NCBI GenBank assembly: GCA_035508155.1
Contig: DATJNM010000031.1
Coordinates: 14,489-78,488, forward strand
Length of the DNA: 64,000 nucleotides
Direction: 5' to 3'
Source of the DNA: Candidatus Sulfopaludibacter sp.
GTDB lineage: Bacteria > Verrucomicrobiota > Verrucomicrobiia > Limisphaerales > UBA11358
Shown here: piece by piece, positions 46,691 to 55,010 of the stretch
How positions within the stretch are numbered: the stretch's first letter is position 1
Layout: every line of letters starts with the position of its first letter
Notes under the pieces: model-generated
Seen by the model: the letters and a program-made list of their open reading frames with translations, nothing else
Told to the model about the DNA's origin: nothing
The model's database searches: none
Translations under genes and position numbers: made by a program

Positions 46691-48343
46691 ATGGAAACGT
46701 CCTCGAAATCGCCGCCGGTCCCGGCCCAATCCCTGGCGTGGTTGTTGTTCATCACTCTCGCCTGTCTGCTGCCGTTCCTCGCTAAACCGTTTCACGTTGA
46801 TGACCCGCTGTTCCTCCGGGCAGCGGCACAAATTCAGCAACATCCGGCCGATTTTTACGGGTTCACCATGAACTGGCTCGGCACTCCACTGCCGATGGTC
46901 AAGGATTTCGACAATCCGCCGCTGACCTGCTACTACCTCGCGCTGGCCGCAGCGGTTGCCGGCTGGAGTGAACCCGCCCTGCACGCGGCGTTCCTTCTGC
47001 CTGCCCTGGCCGTGGCAGGAGGCATGTTCATGCTTGCCCGGCGGTTCTCCCGCCGTCCGTTTCTGGCGGCCCTGGCGGGCGTGCTCACCCCCGTATTTCT
47101 CATTTCCGCCACCACGTTGATGTGTGACGTGATGCTTCTGGCGTTCTGGGTTTGGGCAGTGGTCGCATTCGATAAGGGTCTGGCGCAAAACAGCTGGCGA
47201 TGGCTTCTGACCGCAGGGTTGCTGGCCGGGCTCGCAACGCTGACCAAGTTTACCGGGCTGGCACTGGTGCCGTTGCTGGCATTCTATGGTTTTGCCCGTC
47301 AGCGAAAATTCGGGCGCTGGTTGCTCGCGTTGTTAATCCCCGTGGTCTTCGCCGCGGGATATGAATGGCTGACCCGCCGATGGTATGGGCAGGGGATGCT
47401 GCTGGCTGCCGGCACCTTCGCTTCGGAAGACCGCTCGGGTGTGCAGGGCGGGTTGGTGGAAAAGATGCTCATCGGCCTGGGATTTTTGGGCGGCTGCTTT
47501 CTCCCAGTGCTGTTTTATCTGCCGATGCTTCGAGCGTGGCGGCTGGCGACCCTCTGGCTGGTCCTGCTCGCGCCCTGTGCCGCTGCGTTGTTCTGGCAAC
47601 CACATTTTAAACCCTTCCTGGTCCAGGCCGGGCATTTGAATGTGGGTATGTTTTTGGAGGTCGTACTGTTCCTGGCCGGCGGCATTCTGGTGTTGCTGTT
47701 GGCGGGCGCGGACTTCCGACGCCAGCGCGACGCGGATTCAATGCTGTTGGTGTTGTGGGTGCTGGGTTTGGTGGTGTTTGCGGTGGTCTTCAATTGGACG
47801 ATCAACGGCCGCAGCCTGCTGCCGGCCCTCCCCGCCGTGGGGATTCTCCTGGCACGGCGGCTCGATGCTCAACGGCCGGAATCGCCAGTGCTGCGCCGCT
47901 GGTGGTGGTTATGCCCGGCCGGGCTGGCCGCCGCCCTGAGCCTGGTGTTGGCCCGGGCAGATGCCCGGCTGGCGAACACCAACCGGCTCGCGGCGGAACA
48001 GTTGTGGGCCCGATACCACCGGCCGGGCAACACGGTGTGGTTCGAGGGACATTGGGGCTTTCAGTATTACATGGAAAAACAAGGGGGCAACGCAATTGAC
48101 CTGAATGATCCGAAGAAGGCCAGCGGCGACATTCTCATCATCCCCGCCAACGCGAGCAATCTCTACGAACCCCCGATGGATCTGGTTCGCCTCGTGGCGA
48201 CGGTGGATTATCTTCCGGACGCCTATTGCGCGACGATGAATAAGCCGGCCGGTGCTGGATTCTATGCCTCGGTTCATGGCCCGCTGCCGTTTGTCTTCGG
48301 ACGAATCGAGCCGGACCGCTTTTACATTTTCCAATACCAATAA
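46691..48343 (+). CDS. GT39/ArnT-like (PMT_2-type) membrane glycosyltransferase
   Basis: Polytopic (more than 10 hydrophobic helices), an early periplasmic-loop motif FHVDDPLFL, and a soluble C-terminal domain. Confidence 0.7.
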   Translation: METSSKSPPVPAQSLAWLLFITLACLLPFLAKPFHVDDPLFLRAAAQIQQHPADFYGFTMNWLGTPLPMVKDFDNPPLTCYYLALAAAVAGWSEPALHAAFLLPALAVAGGMFMLARRFSRRPFLAALAGVLTPVFLISATTLMCDVMLLAFWVWAVVAFDKGLAQNSWRWLLTAGLLAGLATLTKFTGLALVPLLAFYGFARQRKFGRWLLALLIPVVFAAGYEWLTRRWYGQGMLLAAGTFASEDRSGVQGGLVEKMLIGLGFLGGCFLPVLFYLPMLRAWRLATLWLVLLAPCAAALFWQPHFKPFLVQAGHLNVGMFLEVVLFLAGGILVLLLAGADFRRQRDADSMLLVLWVLGLVVFAVVFNWTINGRSLLPALPAVGILLARRLDAQRPESPVLRRWWWLCPAGLAAALSLVLARADARLANTNRLAAEQLWARYHRPGNTVWFEGHWGFQYYMEKQGGNAIDLNDPKKASGDILIIPANASNLYEPPMDLVRLVATVDYLPDAYCATMNKPAGAGFYASVHGPLPFVFGRIEPDRFYIFQYQ

Positions 48344-48361
48344 ACGCCGGCAACCCGAAGG

Positions 48362-49795
48362 CTAAGCACCGCTTTTGGATTTGGTCACAATCATCAGAAA
48401 TCCAAACCAGAGCATCAACGCCAGGGTGAACAGCAAGACAACCCACGGCGGCAGCAACCGGTGCATTTCGGCGAGGCTGATTCCGCCGCGGGCCGCCACC
48501 CACACATCCAGGCGGCAGTTCACTATCAACAGAATGATTCCCCAGACCAGCAGGAGATGCGCAGCCGTGACTTGCATTGCCGCCAGGCCGGCTTTGCCAC
48601 GCAGCCGCAGAAAATGCAACGTTCCCAGTGCCACCATGGCGGCGGCGATCAGGGCGGCCCAGACCGTATCGTTTGTCCGCCAGGCGATGTCAATCAGCCC
48701 CGCGAAACACGCCAGATAGATGCCGGTAACGACGACGAGGCGCCGGCCCCGGGTAAACGATTGACGCACCGGCAGCGGACCCGCGGTTTCCTCATTCAGC
48801 CGGCGGAGGAACACAACGCGGCGGTATACGACCACACACAACGTGACGATAATCATGGCATAGACCCACCAGAAACCCGCCATCGCCGCAAAGAACGCGC
48901 GGTCGCTCCACTCCAGGTGCCGGCTCAAGGCCCGCAAGGCGAGTTGGCCGGGGATACACCAGGCCAGCACGAAAACCCACATGCCGATGAACGCAATCTT
49001 CTTCACCCGCCGTTCGGCGGCCGTGGGCGTGGACCTGACAATCAGCCAATGTGCCAGCATGCCGCCCGCAATCCCGACCAGCGGCGCCAGCCACACGCCC
49101 AGAAAACCCGATTTGACGGCCACGGCGCCTTTGCCCGCCAAACCCGCGCCGGTCGCCGCCGCCGGGACGGCCGGCAGCGCCGCCAGCACGGTGCTCGAAA
49201 ACGCCCGACCCGGCGCCGTCCGGCACAGAGTGTCCTCCACAAACGCCTGGACTTCCTCCTGCAATAACTTGCGACCGCGCGACAACCGTTGTTTCACGGC
49301 GTCTTCGGATAACTCCAGTTCCACCGCCACCTGTTCGATGGATTGATGTTCGCGATAAAACAAAACAAGCGGTTCGCGGTAGAGTTCAGGAATCTGCTCC
49401 AACGAACGCCACAAAATGGCTTCCTCCTCGCGCCCGATGGTTTGTTCGGAAGGCAACGCCTCCCGCGCCGGCGACTCGGCCACCGCTGCCAACGGCTCGG
49501 CCACCTGCACCGGCTCGCGCCCTTCCCGTTGCAGGCTCTTGTGAATCCGGTTGCGAACAATGCCGCACAGCCAGGCGCGAAGCTTCTCCGGTTCGCGCAG
49601 GAGCCGGAGATGTTTCCAGGCGGTAATGAACGTTTCCTGCGCCACGTCCTCGCTCAGGCCGAGATGCCCGATGCGGCTGTAAGCCAGCGAACAAATCAAT
49701 ATCTGGTAACGGGACACGATCCGGCTGAAGGCGTCCCGATCCCCCGCCAGAGTGCGGGAAACCAATTCGGCGTCACTGTCCTGCGCTGCGGTCAT
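48362..49795 (-). CDS. ECF sigma factor fused to a C-terminal polytopic membrane domain
   Basis: ATG at 49795 (MTAAQDSD). Sigma-2 is FSRIVSRYQILICSLAY..DVAQETFITAWKHL and sigma-4 is LEQIPELYREPLVLFYREHQSIEQVAVELELSEDAVKQRLSRGRKLL, followed by ~270 aa with 7-8 hydrophobic helices. Confidence 0.8.
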   Translation of the reverse strand: MTAAQDSDAELVSRTLAGDRDAFSRIVSRYQILICSLAYSRIGHLGLSEDVAQETFITAWKHLRLLREPEKLRAWLCGIVRNRIHKSLQREGREPVQVAEPLAAVAESPAREALPSEQTIGREEEAILWRSLEQIPELYREPLVLFYREHQSIEQVAVELELSEDAVKQRLSRGRKLLQEEVQAFVEDTLCRTAPGRAFSSTVLAALPAVPAAATGAGLAGKGAVAVKSGFLGVWLAPLVGIAGGMLAHWLIVRSTPTAAERRVKKIAFIGMWVFVLAWCIPGQLALRALSRHLEWSDRAFFAAMAGFWWVYAMIIVTLCVVVYRRVVFLRRLNEETAGPLPVRQSFTRGRRLVVVTGIYLACFAGLIDIAWRTNDTVWAALIAAAMVALGTLHFLRLRGKAGLAAMQVTAAHLLLVWGIILLIVNCRLDVWVAARGGISLAEMHRLLPPWVVLLFTLALMLWFGFLMIVTKSKSGA

Positions 49796-49964
49796 GATTC
49801 TATTTGTTATCATATCGTTTGATATGTCCCTCCGAAAGCCGAAGAGGTGACAAAGAATTTCATTCAATCCAGCCATTCCCGCCGGCATTCCGGCCCGCAT
49901 CCGGACTTTGAAAACCGGGCGGTTCTGTTACCTTTGTCCCTAAATCAGTTCAAAAAGGAATGTT

Positions 49965-50849
49965 ATGCCGGAAAACATCGGATTTGTGGGAGTCGGACGG
50001 ATGGGCGCGAACATGGCGCGCCGTCTCAAGGACTGTGGCTGGGCCATCACCGCGGTTTTTGACGTGAACGCCGGCGCCGCGCAATCGCTCGCGCAGGAAC
50101 TGGGCGGCACGGCGGCCAGCGACCTCAAGACTGTCACTGCGCTCAGCGACGTCGTGTTCACCGTGGTCACCGATGATCAGGCGATGAAAAACATTTATCG
50201 CGGCGGCCTGTTGAGCCGGGCGAAGGGTAAAGTGTTCATCAATTGTGCCACGGTCACACCCGCCCTTCACGTCTGGGTGGAGCAGAAATGCGAAGCCAAA
50301 GGCGCGCAATCGCTCGAAGCGTGCATGGCCTCCAGCATCACCCAGGCGCGGGAAGGCTCGCTGTACCTGATGTGCGGCGGCAAGCCCGAGGCGTTCGAGC
50401 GGGCCAAACCGATTCTGGAAAAATTGAGCGTGTCCCTCCGTTACCTCGGCCCGGCGGGCAGGGCCGCCGAGGTGAAGGCGCTCGTGAACATGGTCATGAA
50501 CTGCAACACCGCCGCACTCGCGGAAGGACTGGGTTTGGGCGCCGCCCTCGGCCTCGACCTGGCGATGCTGCGTGAGGTGTTCGCCCAGACGGGCGCCAGT
50601 TCGTCCGTGTTGCGGACCGACGGCGAGGACATGCAAAATCGCGACCACGCGTGTTTCTTCTCCGCCGCGCATGCCGCCAAGGATTCGGGCATCGCGCTCA
50701 AGCTGGCCCGGGCCCAGGGCTTGAACCTTCCCCTCGCCGCCGCCACAAAGAAACAATATGACCGAATGATGAAAGAAGGGCTGGGTGACCTCGACAAATC
50801 CGGTGTTGCCGAACTGACTTTCAAGGGGCGCAAAGGCCATCCGCTCTGA
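49965..50849 (+). CDS. NAD(P)-dependent oxidoreductase, 3-hydroxyisobutyrate/6-phosphogluconate dehydrogenase family
   Basis: IGFVGVGRMGANMARRL Rossmann motif and typical HIBADH length and C-domain. Confidence 0.85.
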   Translation: MPENIGFVGVGRMGANMARRLKDCGWAITAVFDVNAGAAQSLAQELGGTAASDLKTVTALSDVVFTVVTDDQAMKNIYRGGLLSRAKGKVFINCATVTPALHVWVEQKCEAKGAQSLEACMASSITQAREGSLYLMCGGKPEAFERAKPILEKLSVSLRYLGPAGRAAEVKALVNMVMNCNTAALAEGLGLGAALGLDLAMLREVFAQTGASSSVLRTDGEDMQNRDHACFFSAAHAAKDSGIALKLARAQGLNLPLAAATKKQYDRMMKEGLGDLDKSGVAELTFKGRKGHPL

Positions 50850-50920
50850 TTTCCAGCGAATTGGCGGGAAACGGAACGGCTGTCATTGACGTGGCCTCCC
50901 CAATTTATGGAAATGAAGCA

Positions 50921-50949
50921 TTGACACCCCGGCGTATTTCTGGTTTTAT
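50921..50949 (+). promoter_or_regulatory. Candidate sigma-70-type promoter for rplU-rpmA
   Basis: TTGACA (50921..50926), a 17-nt spacer, then TTTTAT (50944..50949), 25 nt upstream of the rplU ATG. This is pattern match only and promoter rules for this lineage are uncertain. Confidence 0.3.
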
Positions 50950-50973
50950 CAGACCCCTTTTGCGGAAAATTTT

Positions 50974-51285
50974 ATGTACGCCGTTTTGGAAACCGGAAGC
51001 AAACAGTATCGTGTGGCCGCGGGCGACACGTTGGAAATCGAGCGCCTGGCCGTTGAGGCCGGCCAGCCCGTCACTTTTGATCGCGTGTTGCTGGTCAATC
51101 GCGACGGCAAGGTGAGCGTGGGCACCCCCACCGTCAGCGGCGCCAGCGTGGTGGCCGACGTGGTGGAACACAAGCGCGGCGAGAAAACACTCACGTTCAA
51201 AATGAAACGCCGCAAAGGTTATCACAAAACCATCGGCCACCGCCAGGAACTGACCGTGGTGAAGATCAAAGAAATTAAAACTTGA
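50974..51285 (+). CDS. rplU: 50S ribosomal protein L21
   Basis: MYAVLETGSKQYRVAAGDTLEIERL.. and KGYHKTIGHRQ. Confidence 0.95.
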   Translation: MYAVLETGSKQYRVAAGDTLEIERLAVEAGQPVTFDRVLLVNRDGKVSVGTPTVSGASVVADVVEHKRGEKTLTFKMKRRKGYHKTIGHRQELTVVKIKEIKT

Positions 51286-51287
51286 AG

Positions 51288-51346
51288 TGACGGGTGACGA
51301 GTGACGCGATTCGCGTCCCTGTCACTCGTCACGTGTCACTCGTCAC
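51288..51346. repeat. Inverted heptamer arrays (GTGACGG GTGACGA GTGACGC / GTCACTC GTCACGT GTCACTC GTCAC)
   Basis: gtgacgagtgac (51295..51306) is perfectly complementary to both 51321..51332 and 51335..51346. It fills almost the whole 67-nt rplU-rpmA spacer. Confidence 0.85.
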
Positions 51347-51352
51347 ACAATT

Positions 51353-51613
51353 ATGGCACACAAAAAAGGTCAGGGCAGCGTCCGCAACGGCCGCGACAGC
51401 GTCAGCAAGCGGCTCGGTGTGAAAGCATTCGGCGGCGAATTTGTCACCGCCGGCAGCATCATCGTCCGCCAGCGCGGCACGAGATTTGAAGCCGGCCAGA
51501 ACGTCGGCACCGGCCGCGACTGGACACTCTTCGCGCTCGTGGACGGCAAAATTGCGTTCGACAAAAACGGCCGGCGCGTGAACGTGAAGGCCGAACCCGC
51601 CGCGAAGAACTGA
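51353..51613 (+). CDS. rpmA: 50S ribosomal protein L27
   Basis: [31 protein letters not shown].. Confidence 0.95.
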   Translation: MAHKKGQGSVRNGRDSVSKRLGVKAFGGEFVTAGSIIVRQRGTRFEAGQNVGTGRDWTLFALVDGKIAFDKNGRRVNVKAEPAAKN

Positions 51614-51633
51614 ACGGCGTTATTGAATTTCCC

Positions 51634-51665
51634 GGCGAGGCCCACCGCCTCGCCTTTTTTGTTTT
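51634..51665 (+). terminator. Intrinsic terminator-like hairpin after rpmA
   Basis: ggcgaggc-ccacc-gcctcgcc (8-bp GC stem, 5-nt loop, 51634..51654) followed by TTTTTTGTTTT. Confidence 0.7.
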
Positions 51666-51739
51666 AAACCACTAATCTCAGCTCATCGGCGCTGATTGGC
51701 GAATTCATGAGTGAAGATTGGCACCGATGAGCGGTTAGT

Positions 51740-52930
51740 ATGTTCGTGGATGAAATCAAAATTTGTGCGCGGGCGGGGCACGGCGGCAAGGGCTGCGTCG
51801 CGTTCCATCGTGAAGCCTTTGTGCCCAAAGGTGGCCCCAGTGGCGGCAACGGCGGACGGGGCGGCAGTGTGATTTTGCAGGCCGACCACGACCTCAACAA
51901 TCTTATCGCCCAATACTATCAGCCGCGTCTGATTGCGCAGGATGGAGAACATGGCCTGGGCAAGGGCATGGACGGCCACGCCGGCAAGGATCTCATCGTG
52001 AAGGTGCCCTGCGGCACGTTGGTGTGGCGATTATTGGCTGGAGAAAATCCCCCCTCCCGGCCCGAAGACCACCCTCTCCCCGCCCGGCGGGGAGAGGGGC
52101 GGGGCAAGGAGCAAAGTTCGTTCTCAACGACTACGAGCCAACGGCCCTTGATCCGCAGCGCCGGCGGCGCATGGGCGCGGGAAATTGATTTGAGCAGGGA
52201 AACTGCGGGTGGAAAATCCGCTCCAACCGACAAAGGTGAATTGTTCGCCGACCTCACACAGCACGGCCAGCAATTTGTCCTGTGCCACGGTGGCCGCGGC
52301 GGCCTGGGCAACCGCAATTTCGCCACCGCCGCGCGGCAGACGCCGCGTTTCGCGCAGCCGGGCGAACCCGGCGATGAAGGTGATTTTCTCCTGGAACTCC
52401 GCATCATCGCGGAAGTGGGCCTGGTGGGTTATCCCAACGCCGGCAAGTCCACGCTGCTCACGGCCATTTCCAAGGCGCGCCCGAAAATTGCGCCGTACCC
52501 GTTTACGACGCTGCACCCGCAAATCGGCATCGTGGAGTACGAGGATTTCTACCGGCTTACGGTTTGCGATGTGCCGGGCCTGATTGAAGGCGCCCACCAG
52601 AACGTCGGCCTCGGCCACGCCTTTTTGCGGCATATCGAGCGCTGCAAAGTTCTCGTGGCGATGCTGGACATGGCCGGCACCGACCACCGCGCGCCGTGGG
52701 ACGATTACCGGCAATTGCTCAACGAACTGCAGCTTTACGATCCCGCCCTGCTCGACAAACCGCGCCTGGTCGTCGCGAATAAAATGGACGAAGCGGCTGC
52801 GGAGAAAAACCTGAAGCAGTTCAAGAAGCGGATTAAAAAAGTTTCCGCGCTGCCGATTTCCGCGGCATTTGGCGAAGGGGTCGAGAAGTTCAAAATGACC
52901 ATTCGCAAGGCGGTGGAGGAAGTTTCGTAG
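51740..52930 (+). CDS. obg: GTPase Obg/CgtA with a ~68-aa insertion in the N-terminal Obg fold
   Basis: MFVDEIKICARAGHGGKGCVAFHRE..GGPSGGNGGRGG (Gly-rich Obg fold), G1 GYPNAGKSTLL, DVPGLIEGA, NKMD. The extra segment covers residues 98-165. Confidence 0.93.
   Translation: MFVDEIKICARAGHGGKGCVAFHREAFVPKGGPSGGNGGRGGSVILQADHDLNNLIAQYYQPRLIAQDGEHGLGKGMDGHAGKDLIVKVPCGTLVWRLLAGENPPSRPEDHPLPARRGEGRGKEQSSFSTTTSQRPLIRSAGGAWAREIDLSRETAGGKSAPTDKGELFADLTQHGQQFVLCHGGRGGLGNRNFATAARQTPRFAQPGEPGDEGDFLLELRIIAEVGLVGYPNAGKSTLLTAISKARPKIAPYPFTTLHPQIGIVEYEDFYRLTVCDVPGLIEGAHQNVGLGHAFLRHIERCKVLVAMLDMAGTDHRAPWDDYRQLLNELQLYDPALLDKPRLVVANKMDEAAAEKNLKQFKKRIKKVSALPISAAFGEGVEKFKMTIRKAVEEVS
52072..52098. repeat. 27-nt perfect palindrome (CCCTCTCCCCGCC-C-GGCGGGGAGAGGG) inside obg
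   Basis: Read directly: 13-nt arms that are exact reverse complements. It is translated in frame as ..PLPARRGEG.. Confidence 0.9.
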
Positions 52931-52963
52931 CCTGGAGGGGACCGCTTTGTCAGCGCCTGCATT

Positions 52964-53557
52964 TCAGGGAAACGACGAAGCGCTTCCTTCCAATACCAAA
53001 AAACGCATCAGGCTGTCACCGTGCTTCAGGGCTTTCACTTCGCGCCACGGCGCGACCAGGGTGAGCGTGTCGCGTTTGGTATGACCGAGAATGAATCGCC
53101 CGGCGGAAGCGAGCAGCTTCGGCAGCTGAGGATCGTCGAGCAGTTGCTGCGCAAAGGAAGTTGAGCGGTGCCCGACGTTCTTCTCGCCGTACGGCGGGTC
53201 GGCCAGAATCAAATCAAATTGCCGGCCGGTTTCCGCCAGTTGATGAACCATCGTAAAAACATCCTGGGTCCGGACCTCAAGATGGGATTCAAAGCCGGCG
53301 GCGCTGGCATTGTTGCGGATGAACTCCGCATGCTTATGCGATTTCTCGATACACAGCGCCGACGTGGCGCCGCGGCTCAGGCAATCGAGGCTCAGCGCGC
53401 CGGAGCCCGCGAACAGCTCCAGCACGCGCGCGCCGACCACGCGCGCGCCCAGCGAGTTGAAGACCGCCTGCTTGACGAGGTCGGGCGTGGGCCGGACGTC
53501 GAACCCCCTGGGGACCTTGAGAAGGCGTCGGGCCGCGTTGCCACCGGTGATGCGCAT
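52964..53557 (-). CDS. rsmD: 16S rRNA (guanine966-N2)-methyltransferase RsmD-like
   Basis: RITGG..RPT.DLVKQAVFNSLG, LELFAGSGALSLDCLSRGA, ILADPPYG. Confidence 0.85.
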   Translation of the reverse strand: MRITGGNAARRLLKVPRGFDVRPTPDLVKQAVFNSLGARVVGARVLELFAGSGALSLDCLSRGATSALCIEKSHKHAEFIRNNASAAGFESHLEVRTQDVFTMVHQLAETGRQFDLILADPPYGEKNVGHRSTSFAQQLLDDPQLPKLLASAGRFILGHTKRDTLTLVAPWREVKALKHGDSLMRFLVLEGSASSFP

Positions 53558-53646
53558 TTGAATTCTCGGCGGGACGAGTTACACGGGTCCCATTTTAAAT
53601 AAGTTTCGCATTTCGGGGGCTCGTACAACCCGCCCCTCCGATTTGT

Positions 53647-54426
53647 TCATTTGAAAATCTCGGCAAAGAACCGTTTCATTTCCTCCCACGAGCGTTTGTC
53701 GGCCTTCTCGTTGTAGGCCGCGCCTTTGGAATTGTCATTGCCAGCCAGCGGCTGGGTGAAAGCATGAACGGCCCCGCCGTAGAAGTTAATCTGCCAGTCC
53801 ACTCCGCCCTGGCGCATTTCGTTTTCAAACGCGGCAATGGCCGGCGGCGGGGAAAAGGGGTCGTCCGCGCCATGCAACACCAGCACCTTGCACTTGATGT
53901 TTTTGCCGTCGTCCGGATGGGGCGCATCCAGTCCGCCATGAAAACTCACCACCCCGTTTAATGCCGCCCCGCTGCGCGCCAGTTCCAGCACGGTGGTGCC
54001 GCCGAAACAATAACCGATGGCGGCCAGGCGTTTCGGGTCCACCAGCGGCTGCTGGCGCAGGGCGTCCAAACCGGCGTTCACCCGCGCGCGCAACAACTGA
54101 CGGTCGCCATTTCGATATCTACCGGCCAGCGCCCCGGCTTCCTGCGCGGTCTGGGGACGCACACCCTTGCCGTAGATGTCGGCGCAAAATGCCACGTACC
54201 CCAGTTGCGCAAGCATTTCGGCGCGGTGCTTTTCATAATCGGTCAGCCCCATCCATTGATGCACCACCAGCACACCGGGACGCGGGCCGGTGATGGCATC
54301 GTCCCAGGCGACAAAACCTTCGAGGGTCGTGTCACCCTGTTTGTATTCAACAGGCCTGGTCTGAATGGCCGCGCGCACAGTCATGGCGCAAAATAAAACG
54401 AGAAGGACGGAAATCAAATATTTCAT
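53647..54426 (-). CDS. Secreted dienelactone hydrolase-family protein
   Basis: Signal peptide, VVHQWMGL, nucleophile context AAIGYCFGG, and a late GAVHAF. Confidence 0.85.
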   Translation of the reverse strand: MKYLISVLLVLFCAMTVRAAIQTRPVEYKQGDTTLEGFVAWDDAITGPRPGVLVVHQWMGLTDYEKHRAEMLAQLGYVAFCADIYGKGVRPQTAQEAGALAGRYRNGDRQLLRARVNAGLDALRQQPLVDPKRLAAIGYCFGGTTVLELARSGAALNGVVSFHGGLDAPHPDDGKNIKCKVLVLHGADDPFSPPPAIAAFENEMRQGGVDWQINFYGGAVHAFTQPLAGNDNSKGAAYNEKADKRSWEEMKRFFAEIFK

Positions 54427-54465
54427 GGCGTTACTCTAATCGCTCCAACGAAAATTGCCAGCGGC

Positions 54466-55005
54466 TTGACAGGTGCCCGCCCGCGCAGGCTTCCTATTCC
54501 CGTGCAACCTCTTCAACCACCGGATTCGCACCATCTCGATGCCGCCCTCGGGTGGCTGGGGCTGGGCTGCGTCGCCGAGGCATTGGTCGAAATGGATTTG
54601 ATTTCGGCGGCGCAACAAAAACATCCCGCGGTGCTGGAGGCGCGCTGGACCCTTTGCGCCCGGGAAAAACGCTGGGCCGACGCGCTGGAAATCGCGCAGG
54701 CGGAACTGGCCGCCGCACCCGACGACGCTTCCGGCTGGCTGCATCGCGCTTATGCGTTGCGCCGCGTTCCGGACGGCGGATTGTCCCGGGCCTGGGAGGC
54801 GTTGTTGCCGGCAATGGAAAAATTTCCCCGTGAACCGGTGATTGCCTACAATCTCTCGTGTTACGCCTGCCAGATGCAGCAACCTGACGTCGCGCGACAC
54901 TGGTTGCAGCGGGCGATAAAAATCGGCGACCGGGATGCCATCCGTAAAATGGCGCTGGCCGACGATGATTTGAAACCGTTGTGGGCTGAAATCCGGGATT
55001 TATAA
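54466..55005 (+). CDS. Hypothetical helical-repeat (TPR-like) protein
   Basis: Repeated A/L/W-rich helical pairs (WLHRAYALRR, AYNLSCYACQMQQ). The start codon is uncertain. Confidence 0.5.
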   Translation: MTGARPRRLPIPVQPLQPPDSHHLDAALGWLGLGCVAEALVEMDLISAAQQKHPAVLEARWTLCAREKRWADALEIAQAELAAAPDDASGWLHRAYALRRVPDGGLSRAWEALLPAMEKFPREPVIAYNLSCYACQMQQPDVARHWLQRAIKIGDRDAIRKMALADDDLKPLWAEIRDL

Positions 55006-55010
55006 CTACC

